A DNA stretch of 64,000 nt from the human T2T-CHM13v2.0 reference genome, Homo sapiens: assembly GCF_009914755.1 (NCBI RefSeq), contig NC_060926.1; one strand, written 5' to 3'. Each line of letters begins with the position of its first letter. The stretch's first letter is position 1. This document shows, in pieces, positions 15,081-28,121 of the stretch. The position numbers were made by a program, and so were the translations under genes. A model generated the notes under the pieces. It was given only the letters and a program-made list of their open reading frames with translations, did no database searches and was not told the origin of the DNA.

Positions 15081-15403
15081 ATTTTATTTTATTTTATTTA
15101 TTTATTTATTTATTTATTTAGAGACAGGGTCTCCTTCTGTAGCCCAGGCTGGAGTGCAGTGACGGGAACATGGCTTACTACAGCCTCCACCTCCCAGGCC
15201 CAAGCGATCCTGTCACCTCAGCCTCCTGAGAAGCTAGGACCACAGGCATGCCACCACACCTGGCTAATTTTTTAATTTTTTTTGTAGAAATAGGGATCTT
15301 GCCATGTTGCCCAGGCTGGTCTCCACCTCCAGGGCTCAAGCAGTTCTCCTGTCTTGGTCCCTCAAAGTGCTGGGATTACAGACGTGAGCCACCATGCCCA
15401 GCC
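15081..15403 (-). mobile_element. Alu (AluJ-type) with (TTTA)n tail
   Basis: gagacagggtct..., gggctcaagc, AluJ diagnostics. Confidence 0.95.
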
Positions 15404-16317
15404 TTTATTTTTTTTCAGTTTCCTTCCTAAAGATAAGATGTTTTGTTTTGTTTTTTCAGTTCTCTTCCTAAAGATTATAGCATGTTTGCCCATTTTGGGT
15501 ATAAGTACTTTCTGTCACTGTTCTTTCATATCTTTAAAAGCAGTCCTTGACGAGTTCTAGATTTGTTTTCTCTCAGAGATAATTATTTAATAATATAACT
15601 TGCATTATTTTTTTCTTTAATATTAGAAAATATTCTGATACCTACTTTCATATTCCTTAGAAAACTTTCTACATTTGTTTCCTTTTGGCTGGTAACTTGC
15701 TGTTCAGAATTGCTTGTTGAAATTGGTAAACCTGGAAGTGTTAATATACGTATGCTTTTCCAGGTTATTTGTAAAAGTGTTGAAATTGATTTTGCATCAT
15801 TCATAAGGGAGACTGACTATTCTTCCTTGACGTTTGCTTATTCCCTTAAGCCAATAATCTAGTTTATGATTGCAAGACCCTCGCAGTTGTGTTTGCGTGT
15901 GTTTAAATGTGGTGTTGTCAAGTTGTGGAAGGAAATCCAGGGATTGAATGTGTTTGGGAAACTGTTAGACAAGATTAGGTTAAATAGGGGAATAACATAT
16001 AGGGTAACAGCCATTGAAAAGCAGTGTGCCTTTTATTTTGTTGCTGTGGAGAAAACAGAAAGCTGTGGCCTATGCTTATGCTCTAGTTGAAGGGAGAATT
16101 CTATATTTAAATCAACAGTAAATGTTACAATATAGTTTATATTTAAATGCAAAATTGCATGAGAAACCAGATGAATACCAGCTGAGTAACTAAGAAATCC
16201 AGGACAAAGAAAAATCAAGAGGCAAAGTAGGCTGGAAAGCTTCATGAAGGAAATGGGACTTCAGTGAACCTTGAAAGATGAGTTAAAATCTATATAGTTG
16301 GAAAAGTGGTTGTGGTT

Positions 16318-16605
16318 GAGGGGGTGAGAAGTTGCGGGGAAGGCAAGGGAAGGGGCATGAACTAAGATGGGGTGGGACAGTGAGAACAGTATGTTTGCAG
16401 TGTAGGGTTTAGAACTGGGTTGGGAGGGTCAATTATTGCCAGGTTATTTATGTAGGTCCTTGAATGTCAGAGTAAAAGAGTTGGAAAGGTGTTTGGGGCT
16501 GTATGAAGGGGTATAGGTGGGTGTAGGGGTATATGGGAGGACGTATGAGGAGGGGGGATGTGAGGTATGTGGGGGATGTGAAGGTGTTGTCAGGTGTGTG
16601 AGAAG
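16318..16605 (+). repeat. G-rich low-complexity tract
   Basis: Many G3-G6 runs separated by gtat/gtgt spacers. Confidence 0.75.
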
Positions 16606-19600
16606 GTCTTAATGTGGTGTATTCTCTAAAGCAAAATAAAAAAATTAGTAGAGTGAAAAATGTCTGACCTATAAGAAAACCTTCTATAATCGTAAATGCC
16701 TGTTAGTCATTGTGATTAGCATAACATTACAGTAAGTATTGGCCTATTTTTTCCTCTCTTTAATATTCTACTTGATCATCTTTGTTATTAATTTAATAAA
16801 AAATGCTACTTATAATCTGAAATAACTCTATGTATCTGCCCTTTTTTGATTTAGTCTTTGGGTGAAGTATACCTTGCCACAATGCTGAATTTAACATGCC
16901 ACTTTTGATTTTTCTTGTTAGAGTGTTTGAGTCTTGAGAGCAGATGTCACAGTTCGTACAATTCTTTGGCCTGTCTAGTACCCTGTGGGCTGCCCGGTAT
17001 GGAGTTGGCACTAAATATTGGAGATCTATGCATTAACCCTTACGTCTTCAGGCTTGGTAACCTATAAAGTCAGTATGCAGTAACTCTGAATATCATAGAT
17101 AATTGTCGTGAGTCTTTTAGTTGCAAGAACTGTTTACCCTGATTTATCTCATTTCATTCTCCTGTTTAATCCACTGACTATATCGTGAAGACAACCCCAT
17201 TTTTCCTTCTTCCCTTTTAATGAGTTTCCTTTTTCATTACTTCTCAGTACAGACTGCTTTCTGCATATGTGCCATTCTTTTCCCTGAGTACCCTCTTCCT
17301 TCTTTATATACTTCTTTTTATACTTTCCAAATATAGCTAGAATCTTTTTCATATACTGCTTCTATGAAGCCTTTTTTAATTAATCTTTTTTATTCCTTTT
17401 AGTCTTTATTCACATTCCTCATGTATTTTGTTTGCCAATAAGCTATAAATTATTTTCAATAAATTTCTAAATTTTTGATATGTTTGATATTCAGAATGAA
17501 TTGCAGATTCCCCAAGGGCAGAAAAAGACTCTTCTATTTCTTTTGGTGTGTTTCCATAATGTTTTGCATATACTGAGCATTTAGATACGGTTATTGTTAC
17601 AAGCTCAGTCTCCTGTCCTGTGCCTAGAGCTCATGTGTGGAAAGGTGCCTCCCCTGCTTTATTAAAAGTCCTCTGGTTCTCAGACTTGATTTTTTTTTTT
17701 AAATATACATTTGCTAGGAAGAAATTGTTTTTCCTTTGTCTTTGTCAATGTTGAGTAAATGCCAATGAGTTAATATATTAATACTACTTAAATTAGTGGT
17801 TGAATACGCTTTATTGTGCATTTAGCTCCTGCTAATAATTTTCTTTGCATTTTAATACCTAAATTCTAAGAACCTGAAGGGACATCAAGAAATAATTTAA
17901 TTTGATCTACTTTTAGGTCATGGTTTTATTCAAATAAGAAAATTTGCAGAATATCTAGCCTAGATGTCTCTGCATTTACGTAGGTATGTATAAAATTATA
18001 AGTACATTTTTATATCAGATATATCAATATTTTGTGAAGAAAAAGTAAAAAGAAAGAATATGCTGTTTGCTGTATGTTCTAGCAAGCAAAAGTGTAGAAT
18101 AGCTGCTCTTATGCCTTGCACTGCCTTTTCAGTTTCAATGGAATTGAGCAGATATATATTGAAAAACTCATTGTGTAATATTCTGAGGACTAAGCCTCGT
18201 TGTTAGCCATCTGTTAAGATTTCATTTTAAAGACAAACTTGCCTTCTACTCTTTGGGGTCACCTAGAGAGCTGCTTAAATTGCCATCTTCTTGCTCTTCT
18301 TTTAATCGACATCTTGTTAATTTTTCTGCTCATTCTCTTCTCTTGTTTCTTTCTCCCATTTGCATTCCTTATGACTTGATTTCATTTGTTCATTGATCTT
18401 TGGCATGAGTAGGAGAAAAATAATTTGTTGAATGCCTACCGTATTACAGATTTTTATTTATGAAGATTGCTTGTTCTCTGATGCAAGTTCTTTTACCCAA
18501 CATAGTGACAAACCTGATCACGTATTTTCCATTTTCTCCTTTGAGTTAGCATTGAAAATATGGAGCCCATGGTTTGATACGTATTTATTCTACCACAGCA
18601 AAATTTTAATGATTGATAGCTCACTTCTTAAGTGTGTTCCACCTGCCACTTTTGCATCTACCAAAAAAAGTCATACATTATTTTTGCACATTAGCCATAG
18701 TATGTAAAGCCCAATTAAAAGTAAGCCATGCGTTGATGCAAAAAGCTTATTATGTCTTAATGGAAAGTTAATATCATGGACATTCAATGTGTTGTGTAAT
18801 TGATTTAAAGCATTGATAGCTTACCTTATGTTGTGCTTCATATTTTCAGAATACTTTTCAACAGACATTTCTCTCTCTTGCCCCTTTTCAGTCTGGCAGC
18901 AATAGACTGCAGTGATTTTTTTATTTGATGTTCTGGTTTATCACTGCCACTTGTGCAAATTCAAGAAAGTTGTCAATGATGTATTTCTTGGCCCATACAA
19001 TTAACGAAGTGTTGGCTTGATCTCTTCCTTTGACATACAGGCTACTAGATGAACATGGTAGAAGTCTGTGGTCCCTGAGTCATTTTGTTGAGCAGGATTT
19101 GTTGTAGATGTTTAAATGCATCCTTTCTGAAAATTATGATGTTTTTTTTCTTAATAACACATCTTTTAACTCCCAGCATTTTGTATGCATTTAGTTTTAC
19201 ATATAGATATTTTACAAGTAGAAGTTATACTTGTCTTTCTATAGTTTCCAGGATTTTCTTTTTCCTTTGTTAGAGGTAGCCATCACTTTACCTTCTTGGA
19301 GGCACATTTTAAGTACACAGGAGAGAAAGCAGTAAGAAAAGTTCCAGAAATTACTTGAGAGAGTAATTTCCAAGTACAAGATAGGACTGTTTCTAGGGTA
19401 GGCAAGAAGGTGGTTTATGTGTTCATTTGTTTGACAGCTGTGCCTATTTGTTTGACACTTGTATTGGAGACATTCATGTTAGCTTATTGTTTTCCTTGAA
19501 ATGCCCACATACATTATTTGTGATGAGACATCATTTTAGATTTTTTAATTGGATGAACTAGTTGGTACAACATTGAGGAAATGATTGAACAGATAGAGTG

Positions 19601-19684
19601 GCTGTGTTCTAAGAATGCCTCATATGGCATGGGTTATAATGAGGTCATTGGGACAATCAAGTTTAGCACTATGGAGTGTCTAGA

Positions 19685-19991
19685 GTGGTGCTACAAAAGA
19701 AATGCAATGCCAGCAGCAAACATGAGCCAAAAAATGAAATTTCAGATTTTCTAGTAGCCACATTAAATGTTTTTAAAATAAAATTAATTTTAGTAATGTA
19801 TTTTATTCAACAGTATATTCAGAATATCATTTCAATGCATAATCAATATGAACATGATTAATGTGGGTTTTTTTGGTGCTAATTTTTTGAAATCCAGTGT
19901 GTATCTTGTACTTACGGCACATCTCAATTCATATTAGCCACTTTTCTAGGACTCTAACTATACATGGCTAGTGGCTACTGTATTGGACAGC
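19685..19991. mobile_element. MER33/MER3-like hAT MITE
   Basis: ttttctagtagccacatt...catggctagtggctactgtattggacagc. Confidence 0.85.
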
Positions 19992-20629
19992 TAAAGTCTA
20001 GAGCATTTGGTGAAATTGTGAAATTGTGATGATGCCAGGAAATTGGGGAAAGCATAAGAGGAGCAAATATGAATCTCTAAGGTAGACCTTGTGCAGGGAA
20101 TTCTATAGGAAATTATATACTTTTGGGAGAGAGAAACTGGTGTGGAATGAAACTTTGATGATGGTGAAACCATTTGGAAAATGAGAATGGCAGAGATTCA
20201 ATAGAAAATGAAAATAGGAAACGGCAGAACTTGACAATGCTTAATATTCTATGACAAGGCCAAAATATAATAGTTGGTTCTTTTTAAGAAAAACATCTTT
20301 TTCATCCAAGGGCTTTTTAGCCTAGGCTGTGTCTGTGTAGCCTGGAGGAGAGAAGTAGTTATTCATGAAACACAAGAGAAGCCATTGAGATCAGCAGATA
20401 AAATTGATTGCAGAGGAATAATGTGGATAGCAGCGTGGCATGGAGGATGAATTATGCTAATATAGTAGAGAGGAAGAGTCTGAGGTAAATGATTGATTTT
20501 TGTAAAGTAAGAACTGGACAAAGTTCTTGGTGACTTAAGAGCAAATGAAAGATTAGGCAGAATACTATATCAGAATTTATTGCTTTGACAGTGAAATAAG
20601 ATAGGACCTAGTGATAGGGACTTTGGTCA

Positions 20630-20805
20630 CAGTATATAAGTGGTTAAGAGCTCATGCACTTAACTTTAATCCAGTCTTGACCACTTAACTTTGCATTTCT
20701 TTGCAAGTTACAATTATCCAGGTCTCAGTTTTTTCATCCATAAAATGGGCAGAAACACCTACTTCATAGAATTACATGGATTAAATGAGATTATATATGT
20801 AGCAA
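20630..20805 (+). mobile_element. MIR
   Basis: gtggttaagagc...tctcagtttttcatccataaaatggg...gattaaatgaga. Confidence 0.8.
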
Positions 20806-20974
20806 CTTTGACTAGTATGACACATCTTCCTGTTATTTGTCTTAGTTTGGGATGTCCAGAGGGGAAAAAAAGAGTTACCATTGTGTTTTCTTGGAATACA
20901 TGTTTATATCACATCTTCTAAGTTGTTACCCCTTAAAGCAGTTTTCAGAGTTCAGCTTGGTGAAATCTCTTGAT

Positions 20975-21157
20975 TATTTCTCAAACTGTGGTGTGAGGAC
21001 CTCCGGCATTAGAATCACTTTGGTTGTTAGATAAAAATATAGATTCTTGAGCTGCACGTTAGGGCTGCTCAGTCAGTCTCTGAGAGTAGAACCAAGGAAG
21101 TTTTATTCAACACTCATATATAGCTGTTGCATATCACATCCAATTGGAGAACCACTA
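20975..21157. mobile_element. MER5-like hAT MITE
   Basis: tttctcaaactgtggt..ggacc..gcattagaatcac...gagaaccact. Confidence 0.7.
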
Positions 21158-21954
21158 GAATGGATGATTCTAAGATCTGGTTTGGTTCAAGATGAATCTA
21201 CTACGCACTGTGTTAATCTAGAGTAGGAGTTGGGTAGGAATAATAATACCTATTCCTGTTTACAACGTAGGATTGTTGTGGGGGATGAAATAAGATATTT
21301 TTAAGTTTGTAAAAGTAGGTTTAAGTTAAAAGATATTTGAAGTTTAGACTCCTGTAGATTGTAACATCTAAAGGGCAGTGACTTTTCTGTACTAGGTGAG
21401 TCTAGGTGGCTCATAGTTGTCATTAAGTAGTTTTTGATGACAAATTTCCTGTCCACCAAATTATGAGCTTATTTTTATCTCTTTCATCCACATTTAATTT
21501 TTTGCTTATTTTACTTGTGTAGAGGCGAAGCGGGATTATAGACGTTCAAACCAGATGGATATATAATTTGAAATATTAATATCTGTTTAAATTTAGAGGT
21601 TTAGAGTGTGTCAGTATTATAAATTTTTTTCTCACAATCTCTGTAACTCATTAATCATTTAAGGTAGATTGTTCTGTTTAAGGATTATCTGTAATCTACC
21701 CATAATACTCTTTTCCATCAGTTAACCTCTTCTGCTCTCAATTAATGATAAAACCAACCCAGAACAAAAAGCCACCCTACCGTGAGTGTACTTTATGGGG
21801 ATAAAATACAATCTCCCATTTTCTCCATTTCCAGAGAGATGTATATGCTCTCTTATTGAGCAGTGTAACTACTTTGTGTTCATTACAGTGTTTCGTGCTT
21901 TAAAAATTTTTATTTAATCCTACACATAACTAATAGAATCTCTTTTTTCCCCTG

Positions 21955-22097
21955 TGGAAATAAAAAAACTGCTTATTAAAAATGCAGAGCCCCAGACGAA
22001 CAGTACACTTTGAGAGAATTTCAGTGAGTCTGGAATAGGCCTGCAAATCAGCATTTTGATGATTTTGATGGAGGTTGTGCACTGTGAGAAACATTGC
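21955..22097. mobile_element. MER5-like hAT MITE
   Basis: aaaaatgcaga..cccagac...cactgtgagaaacattgct. Confidence 0.55.
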
Positions 22098-23888
22098 TCT
22101 GTTTCTTATTACCTCCAGAGGCATAAATATGTAGGTGCTGTCTACATAAAATAAATTAGGAATGGTATGCTTCCAGCTTGAAAATGAACAAATAAATGTA
22201 CATCAGAACTCCATGTATGTTGGTGTATGTTTCACATAGGAACTGAAGATGATATTAGCACAGATGTCAGATAAAGGGACAAACCTACCATCCACAGGTT
22301 ACAAGTGTTTAGTATTACAGAAAACATTTTTATAAAAAGGAAGATCATAGGACATGTAACCTCTCAAAGTTTATACTTCTCAGCCTTCCCTTTTAGGTTA
22401 GCTTCAGGGATCTAGAAACATTACCATCCATTACAGAAAACTGAAAGATTATGTGGCAAAATAAACAGGGAAGCAGAAATAGAATAGACAGTGTACTTCT
22501 GTTAAGAAAAAGTACTTACATTAAGAAAAACTATTGAGCTTTATTAGATACTGAGTACTGTGCTCTTGCAAGCATCTTCTACAGCACTAGTGTTCACCTC
22601 TTAAAAGCATTAAATGATACTGGCATTGCCTTCATTCCCTTCAATCCTCAGTTTTTGGTCCTCTTTCCTCTTCCTAATTTAAACAGTCTACTCACTGTTA
22701 TTCTATTCTTGTAATTTGTCTCACTTTTTTGGCTTCCATGACTTCTTGCTTTTCTTTTTTATTGTATAGTATAAATACAAAATGAATAAAACAGCTTCTA
22801 AAAGAAAATTTAAAATATGTATCAAAAGTGAGCCAAAAATTTAAATTTGGTTTAATAAAACCCATTTTCTTTATAGCAGTGTTGCTGTTTTTTCTTTTAG
22901 GTATTTACCCCAAAATTATGCCTTGAGGCATATGCCTCAAGGTTGAGGTATATGCCATAAATTGCTTATTTATATTTTTAAAATGCTAATATTAAAGGCT
23001 AAGATCTTGGACTGTGTGGCACCTAGGGACATAATTCTCATCAGCCTATCACTGTCATTCACTTCATCAGAATTACAAGGGCTTTTAACACCTGTAGATA
23101 TGTAAGTTCCTCTTGCGCTTTCATTGCAGTTGTTTCCTCTTCTTAATTTGTTTTTAAAAAGCAGAATTGTTCTTCATTAGAAATTGGAGCAGGTGGATGA
23201 AAGTGATAAACAAGGAGAGGATACGTGAGTTCCACTAGGAATTGGTCTTAAAATTTAGTGGAAGGCCAGGGATTAGAATTGGTGACCCCTGACTCATCTG
23301 CCAGCCAGTTGCTTAAATTGAGAGCAGTTCTGATAGACACAGTTGTTCCTTGTGTCCTTTCAACTACATTTTGTCTTCTATATGTTGCTCCTGTCCCTTC
23401 ACCATGTCCTCATTGCACAGATACGCCACTGAGTTTGAAAAGGGATAACTGGTAGCCTTATTAGTAAAGCTGCTGTGTCTCTCTATTCTTTTACTTTCTT
23501 CTACACGTCTTGATCGCAGGATTTTATGCTCTGGGTGGACCTGAACGTAAAAGTTGGCCAGCTGTGGCCTTATTTAGTTTTTGGTATTCCAAAAGTAGCT
23601 TTTAACATGGAGAAAAGTGCCCTATTATTTGAACTTTTTTGAATCTTTTGGTATCTTTCAGTGGCCCACTAGTAAGAATTTTTTTGTCTTATGTTTAAAT
23701 GTTTCACTAATAGAAGACTGGGAACAGTTCCCAATAATTATTATGGTTCTGTGGATCTTTGTTTTTTAAGAAAATGATGGATGTAAACATTTCTCTGAGG
23801 AAAGAAATGGGGGAATGACATTCAGGATAGGTTGACAAAAGTCACAAAGTTTTTTTCAAGACATTTGTTTTATTAAAACATAAGCAAG

Positions 23889-23981
23889 GTGCTTGCTTTG
23901 GCAGCACATATACTAATATCGGAATAATAGAGAAAACATTAGCATGGCCCCTGGTCAAGGATGCCATACAAATTCATGAAG
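23889..23981 (+). pseudogene. U6 snRNA retropseudogene, 3'-truncated
   Basis: gtgcttgctttggcagcacatatactaa...attagcatggcccctg...caaattcatgaag follows U6 with CpG decay; flanked by direct repeat aacataagcaa (23877-23887, 23982-23992). Confidence 0.95.
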
Positions 23982-25094
23982 AACATAAGCAAAGAAAGAT
24001 ATATCACCTTGTTAATTTAACTCTTCCACTGTTGAATTTAAAGTAAGGAGTTAAACTTTGTTTATTATTCTTTAGTTCTACTTTTCCTGAACAAAAAATT
24101 GCTTTTACTCTTTGCTTAGTAAACAGTTTTTCTTATTTTATTAGTTCACATAGATAGTAAAACTTATCAGTCATTGATTATTGTTGAAGTAAACATGACC
24201 TTTCAAGTGAAAGTTATATTAGTGAAATTGATAAAATTTGTAAACTAAATGTGAGTAATAGGCTTTACAGATGTTTATATGAAAGCTTTCTGTTTCTGTA
24301 GGGGGCTAGTCTACACTGTGTTGTCCATGTTCTGTTGCTGTGTCTTATCTATGTTCTGCTGTAACTTCGATCCTTGCTTTAAACTTTACATTTATCATGC
24401 TGCTTTTTTTACTCTTCGAAAACTGTATTTCTCAATTACCGACTATACAGAGAAATGTGAATACTTATAGTAGAAGCTGTTGCCTGTAGTATGTGATTTT
24501 TTTTCCATTAAATTATGAGGGCAAAATCTATAGAGCTACTATTAAAATAATTCTTTGTGGTAATTAACATAGGACAGAACTGTCTTTTTGTTAGATTTTA
24601 GGCAGTGTTAATATAGCAAGACTATAAAAGTGTCAGAGAAAAATTTTTTATTTTGGTTTACAAGACAGAATTAAGCTGGATTTGGAGGAAATGTTTTTAA
24701 TTGTAAACGTGAAAGATTTAAATTAAATATACTTTGGAATATTAAACAAAAACATGTGTGTGAATCTGATTTTATTATTCCTGCTACTCTTCTTTTATAG
24801 TACTTACGTAAGCCAGTATCGAAAACAACTTTGGTGATTGTTGAAAGGTGTTGGGTTGAGATTTTTACCTTTAAAGTGGACAGACATGACTTTTACAAAT
24901 AAGACTTTTACTTTTTTTTTTTTTATTAAGAAAGAGGCCAGGAACTATGAACTAGATTTAGATATTTATCTGATTTAGAATGTCTATCTGAAATTTTTGG
25001 TTGCCTTTTCTCTGAGTTTGAGGGGAAGACTGCCCTTGTTTTGTGTTACAGTGACTTAGGGATTTTTAGAGAAAGGTTATTAAGGTCTTTCCTA

Positions 25095-25387
25095 GGCTGG
25101 GCATGGTGGCTCATGCCTGTAATTCCAGCACTTCAGGAGGCCGAGGTTGGTGGATTGCTTGAGCTCAGAAGTTTGAGACTAGCCTGGGCAACATGGCAAA
25201 ACCCTGTCTCTACAAAAAAATACAAAAAAAAGCCGGTGTGGTGGCAGCCACCTGCAGTCCCAGCTATTTGGGAGGCTAGGGTGGGAAGATCAATTGAGCC
25301 CAGCAGGTTAAGGCTGCAGTGAACTGTTACCATGCCACTGCACTCCAGCCTGGGTGACAGAAAGAGACCTGTCTTTAAAAAAAAAAA
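25095..25387 (+). mobile_element. Alu (AluJ-type)
   Basis: ggattgcttgagctcag, aggctgcagtga diagnostics; A tail. Confidence 0.96.
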
Positions 25388-25640
25388 TCTTTTTTTGGAG
25401 GAAAAGGTAATGGTTATAGAAAAATCATATAAGCTTAACTGATTATTTTAATTTTTTAAGAGTTTAGAGAATAGTATGATAGTTTCTTGGGAGTAGACCA
25501 TATGGTAAATGTATGTTTTTCAAACTTACTAAATGCAATCAAACTGTTTTCAGTGGTTCAAGAAGTATTTGCAAATTAGAGATGATATTTTGCTTTTTTT
25601 CATTTCATTTTGTGAACTGGTGATAACTGTTTTTCAACTT

Positions 25641-25946
25641 TGTTTTACTCTGTTTTGTGTTGCTATTACAGAATACCTGAGAGGAGGTAACTTATAAAGA
25701 ACAGAAATTTCTTCTCTTACAGTTCTGGAGACTCCAAGATCAAGGCAAAGGCATCTGGTGTGGGTCTGTTTACTGTGTCCTCACAGGGCAGAGGGCAGAA
25801 GGACAAGAGACAGCCCACTCCTAAAAGCCCTTTTTATAATGGCATTAATCTGTGACCTAAACGCCACCATTAGGCCCCACCTCTCAATACACTGGCAATT
25901 AAATTTCAACATAAATTTTGGAAGGGGTGAACATTTAAACCATAGC
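25641..25946. mobile_element. MaLR LTR (MLT1A/MST-like)
   Basis: tgctattacagaatacctgaga..ttataaagaacagaaattt..cagttctggag...tttcaacataaattttggaaggg..aaaccatagca. Confidence 0.85.
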
Positions 25947-26009
25947 AAACTTTTTCAAACATTTTCTCAATGTTTTAGTCCACTCCATTATCTCACCTAT
26001 TAAAAGGAA

Positions 26010-26345
26010 GTTAGGGATGGGGAGAAAGTGGTAGAAAGAATGTATCAAGGCCTGAGATAGTTTGATGTTCAAAGAGTGTCCACTTGTCTCATGTGAGTTG
26101 AGGCTAAAGAAGAGCCAAACTGTGGAAAGGCCTGTAAGATTTGTTAAAGATTTTGATTTTAAGGCCAAGGGTAGTGGGAAGCCATTGAATGGCTTTAAGT
26201 TGGGGTAGTGACTTGATTTTGTTTGCTTTAGTAAATTGTCTGACTTGTGAATGAAGAACTGATTAGATGGGATAAAATGGAAGCTGGGAGACCAGTTAAA
26301 GAGGCTGTTGCTATAGTCCAGGGAGAGATGTTGGTGACTTGCAGT
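26010..26345 (-). mobile_element. L2 fragment
   Basis: gggaagccattgaa..ggaagctgggagaccagtta..gaggctgttgc..tagtccagg. Confidence 0.7.
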
Positions 26346-26667
26346 AATAACCTTCCAGTGCTACTCACATTCTTTAAAAATCTAACTTAGATTTTCTAAT
26401 TCTAATGCTTATGCCTTAAACCTCTTCCCTGATGTTCTTTTTTGTTGTTGTTTCAATTCTCTATAAATTCTCATTTGACAAGCTAGATAACATGGTTTTA
26501 TTGTTTTACTGATTAAGAGTGCTAGTATAAATGGGTGATATCTTTATGACTAGTATGAATTCCTTTATAGAGGGTTTATTTACTTTCTAAGGTATCATTA
26601 CTACCTACCATCAAGAAGCTGTTATGGTTGCTGCTCTGTATTATCAAGCAGTGATGACTAGTAAGCA

Positions 26668-26803
26668 TTTTTTATTTTAAAAAAAATTTTTTATAGTAGG
26701 TTCTTGCTATGTTGCTTAGGCTGGTGTTGAACTCCTGGGTGTAATTCTCACACCTCTGCCTTCCAAAGTATTGGGATTACAGGCATGAGCCACTGTGCCT
26801 GGC
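26668..26803 (-). mobile_element. FLAM / Alu left monomer
   Basis: tcttgctatgttgcttaggctggt...gggattacaggcatgagccactgtgcctggcc, single arm. Confidence 0.9.
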
Positions 26804-28067
26804 CCCAGTGACATTTTTTAATGCCAACTCAGGATACTTCAATCATTTTTTTATATTTCTTTATTAATCTTTTTATTTTCTAAAGTCAGTTTTAAGACAA
26901 AAATCTACTCTTTCCAGAGGTATTAACATGATTTTAAAAATAATAAAGTACCTTGATAAAGATGTATACTTGAAATCCTCTGTCTTTATGATCTTCTAGT
27001 TACTTGTCTATCATTCCTTCCTTCTGTCTTACCTTGCAGGATAAATTAGAATAGGCCTTAGTTGAGTTTCAGAATTATTGAAAGATTTGTGAGTTCTTTT
27101 ACTTTCTACTTGTTGTGTCTTTTGAAAATTGAGCTTCTCATTTTTCTCTTCCTTTCAAGAAGTTAGCTATTTCTCAAACTTTGGAATTACTTTTTTACTA
27201 TTTCTGCTTAATACCTAGGTTGTCAAAGTGCCTGCAACTAGTATGACAGCATTAGATATTTGTTGAATGCAGAAGATGCTGTACCTGTGTGAAAGACCTA
27301 GTGTCCTCTAAGATTTCTTGTAGCATGTCACCAGAATAGATTTCAAAGTGTCCTGCCCAGGGGTGGAAGGGCTAGAAAGGGTAAAATTTTCTCATTCTGA
27401 AGGGGAAAACACTGGGCTCCTATTTTTCCCTCTTTGTTTAATGGAAATCTATCCCTTTTATAATGTTATGAGAAGCTTACTTATATTGGTTAAAATGAGA
27501 AGAAAGCAGGTCTTTTCTTAAAACCATTTCCCCTACCCCATTTTTAATTATTAAAAAGGCACAGGGAAGTTGAGATCTGGAACATTTTCAGGCTTTCTTG
27601 GCCTGTCCTAGCAAAGCAGTCCTAAATGTGGTCCCAGGTGTTATTCAGTTGAATGATAAATCCGAAGTTTTGTGATTTGCTCTTTTCCTGGTTCCTGTTG
27701 TTCTATATATACTTTTTGTATTTAGGGAAGTGAAGTTTTTTGATAGTTGATTTTAAAATCAGTGTCTTTATTCTGGGCTACCAACCAAATAATAACAATT
27801 TGAAGTATATTTCTTCCCAAAAAGATGTCAAGTCATTTCTTAAGAGTGTTAGAACAGTTACCTTTAAAGATGAAATGATTCTTGGTTCTGATGCCTTCAT
27901 ATTGTAATTTTTCTGCCTGTACATCAGTGTGTCTGTATCTGTGACTTGAATTTTTTTTTTCTTTCCTTTAGGTCTTTTTGGAGAAAACATTATAATGGAT
28001 GTCTAGTTATTTAGTAATTGAATGCAGGTTAGTTAGCATCTTTTTTTTTCTCCTCTCAAGAAGCTGC

Positions 28068-28070
<3 letters not shown>

Positions 28071-28109
<39 letters not shown>

Positions 28110-28121
28110 TGTGTGTGTGTG
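28071..28121 (+). repeat. (TG)~25 microsatellite
   Basis: Read directly; one TA interruption. Confidence 0.99.
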
